From NCBI GenBank assembly GCA_902616675.1, contig CACMTV010000004.1, positions 5,133-69,132 on the forward strand: a DNA stretch of 64,000 nucleotides, written 5' to 3'. The position numbers and the translations under genes were made by a program. The DNA comes from an uncultured Pelagibacteraceae bacterium. Its GTDB lineage: Bacteria > Pseudomonadota > Alphaproteobacteria > Pelagibacterales > Pelagibacteraceae. Positions 29,526 through 39,393 of the stretch are shown in pieces (within the stretch, counting starts at the first letter, position 1; each line of letters starts with the position of its first letter). The notes beneath the pieces were generated by a model, which was not told the origin of the DNA, searched no databases, and saw only the letters and a list, made by a program, of their open reading frames with translations.

Positions 29526-30140
29526 TTAATAGTTTTGGGAAGCCGCGACATAAACTGCGATAATTATTAATACACACGCAGAGATTGTATTTAAAACTTT
29601 AGGATTATCTTTAAGCCAAATAGAAACTTTATTAGCTGCAAAAGCATAAATCATTAAAGTAGTAAAATCTAAAATGACATATGTAATTATTAAAATTAAA
29701 AACTGAGCGAAGTAGTTAGATGAAAAGTCTATAAAAGAAGTAAATATTGTTCCAAAAAAAATTATTGATTTTGGACTAAGTCCAGCAACTAGAAAACCAT
29801 CTCTATAAAAAGAAAATATAGATCTTAAGTTTTTATTTCCACTTTCAACGATCCTAATTCTAGATGTGTAAGTATCGTAGGCTAAATATATTAAATAGAG
29901 AATACCCGCCCATTTCAACATTTGTAATATATCGGGATTATCACTCAAGAATGTACCAATAAAAAATACAACAAGTATTCCCTGACAAAAGTTTGCAGAG
30001 ATATCGCCTATGGCAGTCCAAATTGACTTATTAATTCCATAATTCAAAGTATGAGAGACAATGACAACACGAGGTGGTCCTGGAGTAATAAACAAAAATA
30101 AAATTATTTGTAAAAAAATTAAAAAATCTGTGGGAAACAT
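29526..30140 (-). CDS. LysE/RhtB family translocator
   Basis: ITPGPP, LKWAGILYLIYLA and GFLVAGLSPK motifs. Confidence 0.88.
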   Translation of the reverse strand: MFPTDFLIFLQIILFLFITPGPPRVVIVSHTLNYGINKSIWTAIGDISANFCQGILVVFFIGTFLSDNPDILQMLKWAGILYLIYLAYDTYTSRIRIVESGNKNLRSIFSFYRDGFLVAGLSPKSIIFFGTIFTSFIDFSSNYFAQFLILIITYVILDFTTLMIYAFAANKVSIWLKDNPKVLNTISACVLIIIAVYVAASQNY

Positions 30141-30165
30141 TATTTTTATGACTATATATGAATAT

Positions 30166-30462
30166 ATGAAGAAGAAAAGTTATATTCCCCAAACAAAAGT
30201 TAAAAATCCTGAACCTAAAAAAAAAGGCACTGATTGGGTTATTTGGGCTGCTTGGGCAGACAGAATTACTTTTGAAGAAATAAAAGAGAAAACTGGAAAT
30301 AGTGAGTCAGATGTAATTAAGATAATGAGGAAAAACTTAAAACCCTCTGCATTTAGACTTTGGAGAAAAAGGGTTCACAACACTAGTATTAAACACAGAA
30401 AAAAATTTAAGTTTGAAAGAAAAAAAATCAGAGAAAAAATAAGGATAAGTGATATAAGTTAA
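30166..30462 (+). CDS. TIGR03643/DUF2805 family small protein
   Basis: AAWADRITFEEI...SESDVIKIMRKNLKPSAFRLWRKRV; start trimmed to avoid overlap with lysE. Confidence 0.8.
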   Translation: MKKKSYIPQTKVKNPEPKKKGTDWVIWAAWADRITFEEIKEKTGNSESDVIKIMRKNLKPSAFRLWRKRVHNTSIKHRKKFKFERKKIREKIRISDIS

Positions 30463-30464
30463 TT

Positions 30465-30719
30465 ATGAAAAAAGTTACCATGTATACTGGAAGCCCGTGC
30501 TCATTTTGTGAAGCTGCAAAAGCACTTTTAAAAACAAAAAATGTTGAAATTGAAGAATTTGATATTTGGAAAGATCCTGCAAAAGCAAAAGAAATGTTGC
30601 AAAGAACTAATGGGGCAAGAACAATTCCACAAATTTTTATTGGAGACCATTATATTGGCGGTAATGATAAACTTCAGTCTGCAAATAGAAGTGGTGAATT
30701 AGACAAATTATTATCTTAA
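30465..30719 (+). CDS. grxC: Glutaredoxin 3
   Basis: CSFC active site, RTIPQIFIG and IGGND motifs. Confidence 0.92.
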   Translation: MKKVTMYTGSPCSFCEAAKALLKTKNVEIEEFDIWKDPAKAKEMLQRTNGARTIPQIFIGDHYIGGNDKLQSANRSGELDKLLS

Positions 30720-30721
30720 TC

Positions 30722-31621
30722 TTATTTTAAATCTGTTAATAAAGGCATCGAGTTACCTGCCCCAAGTTTTAAAGTTGATAAACCTGCCACTTGATTGGCA
30801 ATGTTTAAACACTCTTTAATACTTTTATTTTTTGACAAGGCGTATGCCAAACCACCATTAAAAGCGTCGCCTGCACCTGTCGTGTCTTCAACTTTTTTAA
30901 ATGGTAAAGCCTTAATATAGATTTCTTCTTTACCATCAGAATAAAAAAGTCCCTTTTCACCTAAAGTAATTATTACTTTTTTAAGTCCTAATGCTAAAAG
31001 TTTTTTCGCACTTTCTTTCGCATCATTTTCATTTTTTATTTTAACCCCGGTATAAAATTCTGCCTCAGCTTCATTTGGAGTAAAATAATCAGATAAACTA
31101 AAAAATTCTTTATCTAATTTACATGCAGGAGCAGGATTTAATATATTAATTAAACCACTTTCTTTAGCTACTTTTAAACAATGCAATGTTACTTCAATTG
31201 GAATTTCTAATTGTGTTAAGAATATTTTCGATTTTTTTATTATATTAATGTCTATGTCATCTTTGGTAAAACTCGCTGGTGCCCCTCTGATAACGGTAAT
31301 CGCATTTTGTCCAGTATTACTATCAACATGAATACCTGCCACTCCTGTTTGATGCTCTTTTGAAATTATAATGTTGGATGTATCTATCTTATTTTGTTTA
31401 AGAGAATTTAAAGCAAGTTTACCGTAGTCATCATCCCCAATTTTAGAAATAAAATTAACATTACATCCTAATCTTGATAGAGCTATTGCTTGATTGCAGC
31501 CCTTGCCACCTGGACCAATATTATATTTATCACCAAGAATAGTTTCACCGGTTGTTGGAATCTTATTTGCTGAAAAACTTAAGTCTGCAACAAATATACC
31601 TAGAACAGTAACTTCACTCAT
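30722..31621 (-). CDS. rbsK: Ribokinase (PfkB family)
   Basis: PGGKGCNQA, LNPAPA, TPNEAEA and DTTGAGDAFNG motifs. Confidence 0.9.
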   Translation of the reverse strand: MSEVTVLGIFVADLSFSANKIPTTGETILGDKYNIGPGGKGCNQAIALSRLGCNVNFISKIGDDDYGKLALNSLKQNKIDTSNIIISKEHQTGVAGIHVDSNTGQNAITVIRGAPASFTKDDIDINIIKKSKIFLTQLEIPIEVTLHCLKVAKESGLINILNPAPACKLDKEFFSLSDYFTPNEAEAEFYTGVKIKNENDAKESAKKLLALGLKKVIITLGEKGLFYSDGKEEIYIKALPFKKVEDTTGAGDAFNGGLAYALSKNKSIKECLNIANQVAGLSTLKLGAGNSMPLLTDLK

Positions 31622-32334
31622 TAACCAAGCTTAGTGAGAAAAGGAAAAGTTGTCAAAATATAATAGCTTATTACCTGTATTGAATTTGTAAGTATTAAAA
31701 CACCAGTGATTAATAAAATTATTCCACCACCTTTTTTAACTTTTGAGTAATGTTTGCTAAACCCCTTTTTGGAGTTTAGAAAAATTGTCATATAATATCC
31801 AGAAAGTATGAACGGTATTGCTAAACCAAGTGAATAAAAAGAGAGTAATATCACTCCACTGACTATAGTTGTTTCAGTGGCTGACAAAGCTAAAATTGAA
31901 CCTAATACTGGACCTATACAAGGCGTCCATCCAAAAGCGAATGCGGAACCAACGACAAAAGGGAAAACGAAATTATCTTTGTAACTTCCCGTGTCTATTT
32001 TTTTGTCTTGATTTAGAAAATTAAAATTTAAAATACCTATAAAGTTTAATGAAAATAGAATAATTATAATTCCAGCAGCTATTCTTAGTTCTTTGCCAAA
32101 AAAGATTAAAACATTTCCTAAAAATGAAGCTGCCATTCCTAAGCTAATAAAAACAAAAGAAAATCCTAATGCGAAAATAATTGTTTTGATTAAAACAATC
32201 TTTTTGTCTTTATCTATTTCATCAAGTTTTTTACCTGTAATATAAGATATGTAACCTGGTATTATAGGCAAAACACAAGGAGTTAGGAAACTGATAAAAC
32301 CTGCACCGAACGCTAAGAAAGATTTAATTAACAT
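31621..32334 (-). CDS. ccdA: Cytochrome c biogenesis thiol-disulfide transporter CcdA
   Basis: SFLTPCVLPIIPGY and FGWTPCIGPVLG motifs. Confidence 0.94.
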   Translation of the reverse strand: MLIKSFLAFGAGFISFLTPCVLPIIPGYISYITGKKLDEIDKDKKIVLIKTIIFALGFSFVFISLGMAASFLGNVLIFFGKELRIAAGIIIILFSLNFIGILNFNFLNQDKKIDTGSYKDNFVFPFVVGSAFAFGWTPCIGPVLGSILALSATETTIVSGVILLSFYSLGLAIPFILSGYYMTIFLNSKKGFSKHYSKVKKGGGIILLITGVLILTNSIQVISYYILTTFPFLTKLG

Positions 32335-32357
32335 AATTTAATGATACAATTATCACA
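32335..32357. promoter_or_regulatory. Bidirectional -10 element between divergent leaderless genes
   Basis: TGaTACAAT (+), 7 nt before ATG 32358; TATCAT (-), 6 nt before ccdA ATG; no SD. Confidence 0.5.
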
Positions 32358-32699
32358 ATGATTATAAAATATGTAAGTTTTTTACTAGGTCTAATATGGT
32401 CCTACTCATTTATAAGAACACAATCAATTTTTAGTAATAAAACCGCATTATTGTTTAAAGTTTTTATTTCAAAAGTATCTTGGTTTACTTTTATTGCAGC
32501 GTGTTATTTTGGTTATAAAAACTTCTCATTTAAAGCAACATTAATTGGAATAGCTGCAGCCGTGGTTATTGTTCACCTAGGTTTTTCCTTTTTATCAAAT
32601 TATTTAAATAAAAAAGTAGGACAAGAAAAACTTCTTAAAATAAAAACTGTATTTGAATATGCTTTGATTATCTTAATTGTATATTTTGTTTTCTTTTAG
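32358..32699 (+). CDS. Hypothetical membrane protein
   Basis: 113 aa hydrophobic ORF filling the intergenic gap; no family recognised. Confidence 0.65.
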   Translation: MIIKYVSFLLGLIWSYSFIRTQSIFSNKTALLFKVFISKVSWFTFIAACYFGYKNFSFKATLIGIAAAVVIVHLGFSFLSNYLNKKVGQEKLLKIKTVFEYALIILIVYFVFF

Positions 32700-33247
32700 T
32701 CTGTAGGAATAGTGCTAAGCACATTAAATTTTTTGTCTGTTATTACTATTTCACCTGAACTAGGAACCGCATTAGAAATAGCAGTTATTATACTATAATG
32801 AGTTATTAAAACTAAATTACCTCCATCACCGTCCCAGTTGTTTACAAATGTTTGAAGTTGTTTAAGTTGTTTTGGCTCATTTTTTGCAAAAGAAGATTGG
32901 AAGGTAGAATTTAAAGCAGGAAACTCAAAATAATTTTTAAAAGCATATTTTGCTGTATCTTTACATCTGCACCATTGACTACTTAAAACTTTATCAACAG
33001 GAATTTTATTTTTTTTAAATAATTTGCCTATAGCTTTTGATTGTTCGATTCCAACCTTATCTAGGTTTCGTTGTGTTTTACAATCATCAATTTTAAATCC
33101 TGGTGGATCTCCGCCGCCTGGGGCTAATGCATGTCGAATTAATATTATTTTATCTCCCTCTTTTGCTTCAGCCCATAAATCTTTAGCGATTAAATTTTGA
33201 TAAGTTAAGAGCTGAAAAAAAATTAGAAGTAGAAAGATTTTTTTCAT
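32696..33247 (-). CDS. Exported histidine phosphatase family protein
   Basis: Signal peptide, LIRHALAPG, SSQWCRC and LVLITH motifs. Confidence 0.85.
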   Translation of the reverse strand: MKKIFLLLIFFQLLTYQNLIAKDLWAEAKEGDKIILIRHALAPGGGDPPGFKIDDCKTQRNLDKVGIEQSKAIGKLFKKNKIPVDKVLSSQWCRCKDTAKYAFKNYFEFPALNSTFQSSFAKNEPKQLKQLQTFVNNWDGDGGNLVLITHYSIITAISNAVPSSGEIVITDKKFNVLSTIPTD

Positions 33248-33621
33248 TTTTTTGGTTTAAAAACTAAACACGTACCATTATTACAATATCTTTTGCCTGT
33301 AGGCTTCGGACCATCGTCAAATAAATGTCCGTGATGTCCTTTGCAATTTTTACAATGGTATTCGGTTCTTGGATAACCAATCAAGTTATCTGTTTTTGTT
33401 TCAAACACATTTGGAATTGAATTAAAAAATGATGGCCAACCAGTTCCGCTATCAAATTTCATATTAGACTCAAACAATTTTATCCCGCATCCAGCGCAAT
33501 GGTAGGTGCCTTCTCTTTTTTCGTTATTTAAAGGACTTGATCCTGGAGGCTCAGTACCCTCTTGCTTTAATATATAATTTTGTTCTGGAGTTAAATTGCT
33601 ATCCCAATTTTTACTTTTCAT
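33244..33621 (-). CDS. msrB: Peptide-methionine (R)-S-oxide reductase
   Basis: [24 protein letters not shown] and RYCNN motifs; two CxxC zinc motifs. Confidence 0.96.
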   Translation of the reverse strand: MKSKNWDSNLTPEQNYILKQEGTEPPGSSPLNNEKREGTYHCAGCGIKLFESNMKFDSGTGWPSFFNSIPNVFETKTDNLIGYPRTEYHCKNCKGHHGHLFDDGPKPTGKRYCNNGTCLVFKPKK

Positions 33622-34189
33622 CTTTTACTTTGTCGTCAACACCGTAAGGTTTAAATGTTCCTTTGTTTCCAATTTTAATTTCTTTAGCAGGAATTCCTAT
33701 CACTGTTGCATTTTCTTTAACATCGTTAACCACAACTGCGTTAGCGGCTACTCTTGCATTATCTCCAATTTTCACTGGGCCTAAAATTTGCGCACCTGAT
33801 CCAATTACAACATTATTTCCAATCGAAGGGTGTCTTTTTTCATGCCTTTGTCTTTCGCTATCGATACTTGGTGAAATACCTCCTAATGTAACAGCATGAT
33901 AAATTGTAACGTTATCTCCAATCTCTGAAGTTTCACCTATCACTACTCCCATTCCATGATCTATAAATAAATTTTTTCCAATTTTTGCTCCTGGATGTAT
34001 TTCAATCCCTGTAAAAAATCTTGCTGTTTGAGAAATAATTCTGGCAATTAAGTCAAATCCTGCAACAAAGAAAAAATTTGCTATTTGATGAAAAAATACA
34101 GCTTTTACACCTGGGTAAGTGAGAATGATACTCACTAAAGATTTTGCCGCAGGATCTCTAGATTTTATAGATTCTAAATAATCGATCAT
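33611..34189 (-). CDS. cysE: Serine O-acetyltransferase
   Basis: [27 protein letters not shown] and KRHP motifs; probable start MIDYLES at 34189. Confidence 0.94.
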   Translation of the reverse strand: MIDYLESIKSRDPAAKSLVSIILTYPGVKAVFFHQIANFFFVAGFDLIARIISQTARFFTGIEIHPGAKIGKNLFIDHGMGVVIGETSEIGDNVTIYHAVTLGGISPSIDSERQRHEKRHPSIGNNVVIGSGAQILGPVKIGDNARVAANAVVVNDVKENATVIGIPAKEIKIGNKGTFKPYGVDDKVKDEK

Positions 34190-34247
34190 ACAATGTATAT
34201 AATGACTACTTGAAAAATTTAAAGAATTATTTATAACGACATAAATT

Positions 34248-34646
34248 ATGAGCAAACCATTTCATTTAGCTATACCAGCAGGTAATCTAGATACTGCTAT
34301 TGATTTCTATAAGAACGTTCTTGGATGCAAATTAGGTAATGGAGAAAAAGATAAGTGGATTGATGTTGATTTTTGGGGCAATGAACTTACTCTGCACAAA
34401 ACTGAAACTAAGCTTCCAAGAGAGAGACATGACGTAGATATGGGAAAAGTTCCTGTGCCTCATTTTGGAGTTCATCTAAATTCAGATGTATTCAATAAAA
34501 TTAAACAAAATATAGAACAACACGATAAAGTAAATTATCTTGATAATCCTTACACTAGGTTTAAGGGTCAAAAAGAAGAACAAGAAACATTCTTTATAGA
34601 AGATCCACACGGTAACGTTTTAGAGCTTAAAACGATGAAGAATTAG
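34248..34646 (+). CDS. VOC/glyoxalase family protein
   Basis: [14 protein letters not shown] and [16 protein letters not shown] motifs. Confidence 0.88.
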   Translation: MSKPFHLAIPAGNLDTAIDFYKNVLGCKLGNGEKDKWIDVDFWGNELTLHKTETKLPRERHDVDMGKVPVPHFGVHLNSDVFNKIKQNIEQHDKVNYLDNPYTRFKGQKEEQETFFIEDPHGNVLELKTMKN

Positions 34647-34649
34647 TCA

Positions 34650-34679
34650 TTGACTAGTGTTCATTAAACTTGATATAAT
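34650..34679 (+). promoter_or_regulatory. Sigma70 promoter of the SAM-riboswitch/metY transcript
   Basis: TTGACT-N18-TATAAT with extended TGn; predicted TSS near 34686, just before the SAM-II aptamer. Confidence 0.7.
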
Positions 34680-34687
34680 TATTTTAT

Positions 34688-34737
34688 AGCGCCGAGTTAA
34701 AACAAATTGCGGGCGCTTAACAAATCCAGCTAAAGCG
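34688..34737 (+). ncRNA. SAM-II riboswitch aptamer
   Basis: AGCGC-CGAGTTAAAACAAATTGC-GG-GCGCT...AAAT..AGCTAAA matches the SAM-II layout (P1 AGCGC/GCGCT, UUGC core, 3' GCUAAA pseudoknot strand). Confidence 0.85.
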
Positions 34738-34748
34738 TCAAGTCTCAG

Positions 34749-34777
34749 ACCACCGCTTTAGTCGGTGGTTTTTTTTT
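34749..34777 (+). terminator. Riboswitch-controlled intrinsic terminator
   Basis: ACCACCG-CTTTAGT-CGGTGGT followed by a T-run, between the SAM-II and SAM-V aptamers. Confidence 0.88.
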
Positions 34778-34791
34778 AACAAAATTAAAAC

Positions 34792-34847
34792 CGGGTATTT
34801 GAACTGTATTGTACACCTGACATTTCGTCGAAGTACTAAAAAAGGAG
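34792..34847 (+). ncRNA. SAM-V riboswitch
   Basis: CGGGT-ATTTGAACTGTATTGTAC-ACCTG-(GAC..GTC hairpin)-AAGTACTAAAAAAGGAG matches the SAM-V consensus; the pseudoknot abuts the metY SD. Confidence 0.9.
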
Positions 34848-34853
34848 AAAAAA

Positions 34854-36146
34854 ATGAGTAAAATAAAACATCCAGAAACAATAGGTTTGCATGGTGGTGA
34901 ATATAGAGCGGATCCTGCAACAACATCTGTTGCTGTACCAATTTACCAAACTACTTCTTATCAATTTAAAAATGCAGAAACAGCTGCGAATTTATTTGGA
35001 TTGAAAGAATTTGGAAATATTTACACAAGAATAATGAATCCAACTTGCGATGTGTTAGAAAAAAGAGTTGCGGCTTTAGAAGGCGGAATGGCTGCTGTAG
35101 CAGTGGGTTCTGGTCAAGCTGCGTCAGCTTTTTGTGTTCAAAACGTTTGTCAAGCTGGTGATAATATTGTTTCTTCAACAGATTTGTACGGTGGAACAGT
35201 AAATCTTTTCAAAAATACTTTAAGGATGCAGGGCATCGAAGTAAGGTTCGCAGATCCTGCTGATCCAAAAAACTTTGAAAAATTAACTGATGAAAAAACA
35301 AGAGCTTATTACGGTGAGTCTTGCCCTAACCCTTACTTAAGAGTTTTTCCAATTAAAGAAGTTGCTGACATCGGTAAAAAACATGGTATCCCATTAATTA
35401 TCGATAACACTGCGGCACCTGTAATTTGTAAACCTTTAGAACATGGAGCGGCAATAGTAATGCACTCTTTAACAAAGTACATCGCTGGTCACGGTACATC
35501 GATTGGAGGAATAATAGTTGATAGTGGAACTTTTGATTGGGTGAAAGATCCAAAGAGACAACCATTGTTTAATGAACCTGATCCAAGTTACAATGGAGCA
35601 GTATGGGGAAGAGATGTTCCAAAACTTACTGGAGCAAATATTCCTTTCGCCATCAGAGCTCGTGTAGTTCTTTTAAGAGATTTAGGAGCTCCGTTGTCAC
35701 CATTCAATGCTTTTCAGATTATACAGGGACTTGAAACTGTTGCATTGAGAATGAAGCAACATTGTTCTAACGCTGAGAAAGTGGTTAAATTTCTTGAGTC
35801 ACAAAAAAAAGTGAAGAATGTAATTTATCCAACTAATCACCAAGGTGAAATCAGGGAAAGAGCTAAAAGATATATGAAAGGTGGCTATGGATCTTTAGTT
35901 GGTATGGATTTAGGAACTAAAGAAGCTGGTGCTAAATTTATAGATAATTTAAAGCTACTTTATCATGTTGCAAACATTGGTGATGCTAGAAGTTTAGCAA
36001 TTCACCCAGCATCCACAACTCATAGTCAATTGAATGATAAACAGTTGGCTGAAGCTGGTGTAACACCTGGGTACGTCAGATTGTCCATCGGTATTGAGCA
36101 TCCTGACGATATTATTGCAGATATTGAACAGGCTTTAGCTGCATAA
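34854..36146 (+). CDS. metY: O-acetylhomoserine aminocarboxypropyltransferase (sulfhydrylase)
   Basis: PIYQTTSY, GNIYTRIMNPT, HSLTKYIAGHG (PLP lysine) and ANIGDARSLAIHPASTTHSQL motifs. Confidence 0.95.
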   Translation: MSKIKHPETIGLHGGEYRADPATTSVAVPIYQTTSYQFKNAETAANLFGLKEFGNIYTRIMNPTCDVLEKRVAALEGGMAAVAVGSGQAASAFCVQNVCQAGDNIVSSTDLYGGTVNLFKNTLRMQGIEVRFADPADPKNFEKLTDEKTRAYYGESCPNPYLRVFPIKEVADIGKKHGIPLIIDNTAAPVICKPLEHGAAIVMHSLTKYIAGHGTSIGGIIVDSGTFDWVKDPKRQPLFNEPDPSYNGAVWGRDVPKLTGANIPFAIRARVVLLRDLGAPLSPFNAFQIIQGLETVALRMKQHCSNAEKVVKFLESQKKVKNVIYPTNHQGEIRERAKRYMKGGYGSLVGMDLGTKEAGAKFIDNLKLLYHVANIGDARSLAIHPASTTHSQLNDKQLAEAGVTPGYVRLSIGIEHPDDIIADIEQALAA

Positions 36147-36168
36147 TTGCTTTGTGAATTAGATTTGC

Positions 36169-36197
36169 TTGACGTGACAACATCTTCAAAATAAGAT
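36169..36197 (+). promoter_or_regulatory. Putative sigma70 promoter of the dehydrogenase-etf operon
   Basis: TTGACG-N17-TAAGAT, ending 14 nt before ATG 36212. Confidence 0.55.
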
Positions 36198-36211
36198 TTC
36201 ATATAATTTCT

Positions 36212-38644
36212 ATGAAATCAAAAGCTAAAGTAGTCGTAGTAGGTGGAGGTGTTGTTGGCGTCAGTACGCTTTATCATTTAGCTAAAAAGGGATGGTCAGA
36301 CGTCGTTTTGGTTGAACGAAAAGAGTTAACTTCTGGCTCTACATGGCATGCTGCGGGATTATTACCACTCTTTAATATGAGTTACTCGGTAGGCCAACTT
36401 CATAGATATGCTGTACAACTTTATAAGTCTCTTGAAAAAGAGACTGGAAAAAACGTAGGTTTCAGTGTTGTCTCAAATATACGTCTAGCTCAAACTCAAG
36501 ATAGGATGGATGAATATCATCAATACGCAGGCGTTGCTAAAACAATTGGTGTTGATGTAAAATTTTTAAAACCAGAGCAAGTGAAAGAAATTTGGCCTTT
36601 ATGTAATATTAAGGGTTTAGTCGGGGCAATTCAGCATCCGGAAGATGGGTATATTCAACCAGCAGATTTAACACAAGCAATGGCAACTGGTGCAAGAAAT
36701 CATGGTGCAGAAATTTACAGAAACACTACTGTAAATGGAATTAAACAAACAAAAGATGGTTGGGTAGTTCAAACAGATAAGGGGGACATTACTTGTGAAC
36801 ACGTAGTTTCCTGTAGTGGTAACTTTGCAAGACAAACAGGGCGTATGGTAGGTTTAGAAATACCAGTAATGCCAGTCGAGCATCAATACATCGTAACTGA
36901 ACCACATCCAGAAATTCAAAAAAGAAAAAAAGAAGGTAAACCAGAGATGGGAGTATTAAGAGATAGTGATAACTCTTGGTATATGAGAGAAGAAGCTGGT
37001 GGATTATTACTCGGTCCGTATGAAAAAGGTGCACCATGTTGTTACGTAGATGGACCTTCAAAAGATAGTGAGTATGAATTATTTCAAGAGGATTTGGATA
37101 GATTAGCTCCACATATAGAGGGAGCAATAAAAAGAGTGCCAGCATTTGGAGAAGTTGGTGTGAAAAAAGTTTATAATGGAGCGATTGCTTATACTCCTGA
37201 TGGAAATCCTATTGTTGGGCCTGCTTGGGGTTTAAAAAACTTTTGGATAAATGAAGGACATAGTTTTGGTATTACAGCAGCAGGAGGTGCTGGATGGCAG
37301 TTAGCTGAGTGGATAATAGACGGAGAACCAACAATAGATATGTTAGGCGTAGAACCAAGAAGATACGGTGCATACGTTACAAAATCTTATCTTAAAGCTA
37401 AAAATGAGGAAGCTTACGCGAATGTATTTACTGTTCACTATCCAGATGAAGAGCGTGAAGCTGGTCGACCATTAAGACAGGCACCTTGTTATGATAGATT
37501 AAAAAAACTTGGAGCTGTTTTCGGTCAAAAGTTTGGATGGGAGAGAGCAAACTTTTTTGCAGAAAAAGGAGAAAAACAAGAAGACGATTGGTCATTTAGA
37601 AGATCTAAATGGTTTAAAAATGTTGAACGTGAATGTAAAAATGTTAAAGAAAACGTCGGATTACTAGACATGACCGCCTTTGGGAAATGTAGAATTAAAG
37701 GTCCAGGGGCTGAAGAGTTTTTAGATAAACTAGTTGCCAATAAATTACCAAAAAAAATAGGAAGAATTAATCTTTGTCACGCATTAAATACAAAAGGTGG
37801 GGTTCATTCAGAGTTTACCATAATGAGAGAAGCTGAAGATAGTTTTTATTTAGTTTCCGCTGGTGCATATCAAAGACTTGATCACGATTGGATACATAAA
37901 TGGATGCCAGAAGATGGAACTGTTCAATATGAAAATTTAACAAACAGCATGGGAGTATTAGTAGTAACCGGCCCTAAAGCAAGACAGTTAATGCAAAAGG
38001 TTTCAAGATCAGATTTTTCTAATGAGAGATTTAAATGGTTAAGTGCTCAAAATATTAACATTGGATTAGCGCCTTGTAATGCTATGAGAGTAAACTTTGT
38101 AGGTGAATTAGGGTGGGAGTTACATCATCCAATCGAATATCAAAATCATATTTTTGATCAACTTATGGAGGCTGGAAAAGAGTTCGGTATTAAACCATAT
38201 GGTATAAGAGCTATGAATAGTTTGAGAGTGGAGAAATCTTATAAACTAGTGGGCACAGAATTATCAATTGAATATTCTCCTTACGAGTCTGGTTTAGATA
38301 GATTTATACATCCAAATAAAGGGGACTTTATTGGCCGTGCGGCATTAGACAAATGGAGAGCTAAAGGCTTTTCAAATAAATTAGTAACTATGGAGATTCA
38401 TGGTGTTACAGATGCTGATGTTTTAGGAAATAATCCAATTTATGATAATGGATCAGTAGTTGGAAGAGCTACAGGTGGTGATTTTGGATTTAGATTAAAC
38501 AAATCTATAGCTTTAGGAATGGTTAAACCTGAGCTAGCAAAAGTAGGAAAAAAATTAAAAATTGATATTCTTGGTAAAATGCATGAGGCTTCTATAGTAG
38601 AAGACTCTCCTTACGATGCCGAAAATAAATTACTCAGAGCTTAA
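36212..38644 (+). CDS. Dimethylglycine/sarcosine dehydrogenase-like FAD and GcvT-domain protein
   Basis: [15 protein letters not shown] (covalent-flavin His), YTPDGNP, C-terminal folate-binding GcvT domain; followed by ETF genes. Confidence 0.88.
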   Translation: MKSKAKVVVVGGGVVGVSTLYHLAKKGWSDVVLVERKELTSGSTWHAAGLLPLFNMSYSVGQLHRYAVQLYKSLEKETGKNVGFSVVSNIRLAQTQDRMDEYHQYAGVAKTIGVDVKFLKPEQVKEIWPLCNIKGLVGAIQHPEDGYIQPADLTQAMATGARNHGAEIYRNTTVNGIKQTKDGWVVQTDKGDITCEHVVSCSGNFARQTGRMVGLEIPVMPVEHQYIVTEPHPEIQKRKKEGKPEMGVLRDSDNSWYMREEAGGLLLGPYEKGAPCCYVDGPSKDSEYELFQEDLDRLAPHIEGAIKRVPAFGEVGVKKVYNGAIAYTPDGNPIVGPAWGLKNFWINEGHSFGITAAGGAGWQLAEWIIDGEPTIDMLGVEPRRYGAYVTKSYLKAKNEEAYANVFTVHYPDEEREAGRPLRQAPCYDRLKKLGAVFGQKFGWERANFFAEKGEKQEDDWSFRRSKWFKNVERECKNVKENVGLLDMTAFGKCRIKGPGAEEFLDKLVANKLPKKIGRINLCHALNTKGGVHSEFTIMREAEDSFYLVSAGAYQRLDHDWIHKWMPEDGTVQYENLTNSMGVLVVTGPKARQLMQKVSRSDFSNERFKWLSAQNINIGLAPCNAMRVNFVGELGWELHHPIEYQNHIFDQLMEAGKEFGIKPYGIRAMNSLRVEKSYKLVGTELSIEYSPYESGLDRFIHPNKGDFIGRAALDKWRAKGFSNKLVTMEIHGVTDADVLGNNPIYDNGSVVGRATGGDFGFRLNKSIALGMVKPELAKVGKKLKIDILGKMHEASIVEDSPYDAENKLLRA

Positions 38645-39393
38645 TGAAAATCTTAGTAGCAGTTAAAAGAGTTATTGATTACAACGTTCAAATTAGAGTC
38701 AAAGAGGACGGCTCTGGTGTCCATACAGATAATGTAAAAATGTCAACCAATCCACCCGATGATAATGCTGTGGAAGAGTCAGTAAAACTTAAAGAGTCTG
38801 GCAAAGTAAAAGAAGTTGTCGCTATTTCAATTGGTGAAGATAAAGCACAAGAAACAATAAGAAAAGCTCTTGCAGTAGGTGCTGATAAAGGAATTCACGT
38901 TAAAGCTGATAACTATATAGAGCCGTTAGGAATAGCAAAAATATTAAAAAAAATTGTAGAAAAAGAAAAACCCGATATGGTTTTTTTGGGCAAACAAGCT
39001 ATTGATGATGATTGTAATCAAACTGGTCAAATGTTAGCTGCAATGCTTAATTGGCCTCAAGCTACTTTTACTTCTAAGGTAAATTTAAAAGAGAAGTCTG
39101 TTGAGATAGTTAGAGAAATCGATGAAGGACTAGAAACAATTGAAGTAAATTTACCAGCTGTAGTTTCTTGTGATTTAAGATTAAACGAACCGAGGTTTGC
39201 ATCTTTGCCAAATATCATGAAAGCAAAAAAGAAACCAATGGAACAAATAAATGCAAAAGATTTAGGAATAGATCTTAATAATAGAATTCAACAAATAAAA
39301 GTTGAAGAACCGCCTAAAAGAAAAGCAGGAATTAAAGTTGCAAATGTAGCTGAATTAGTGAGCAAACTTAAAAATGAGGCTAAGGTTTTATAA
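38644..39393 (+). CDS. etfB: Electron transfer flavoprotein beta subunit
   Basis: [28 protein letters not shown] and [22 protein letters not shown] motifs. Confidence 0.97.
   Translation: MKILVAVKRVIDYNVQIRVKEDGSGVHTDNVKMSTNPPDDNAVEESVKLKESGKVKEVVAISIGEDKAQETIRKALAVGADKGIHVKADNYIEPLGIAKILKKIVEKEKPDMVFLGKQAIDDDCNQTGQMLAAMLNWPQATFTSKVNLKEKSVEIVREIDEGLETIEVNLPAVVSCDLRLNEPRFASLPNIMKAKKKPMEQINAKDLGIDLNNRIQQIKVEEPPKRKAGIKVANVAELVSKLKNEAKVL

Noticed and set aside
30061-30165. N-terminal extension of the TIGR03643 ORF (similarly cysE 34190-34255 and OMP 5706-5729)
   Set aside because: Extensions overlap neighbouring genes or lie upstream of the RBS; internal ATGs fit the family starts better
34738-34941. 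67-aa minus-strand ORF across the metY leader
   Set aside because: Overlaps the terminator, SAM-V aptamer and metY start; explained by those elements
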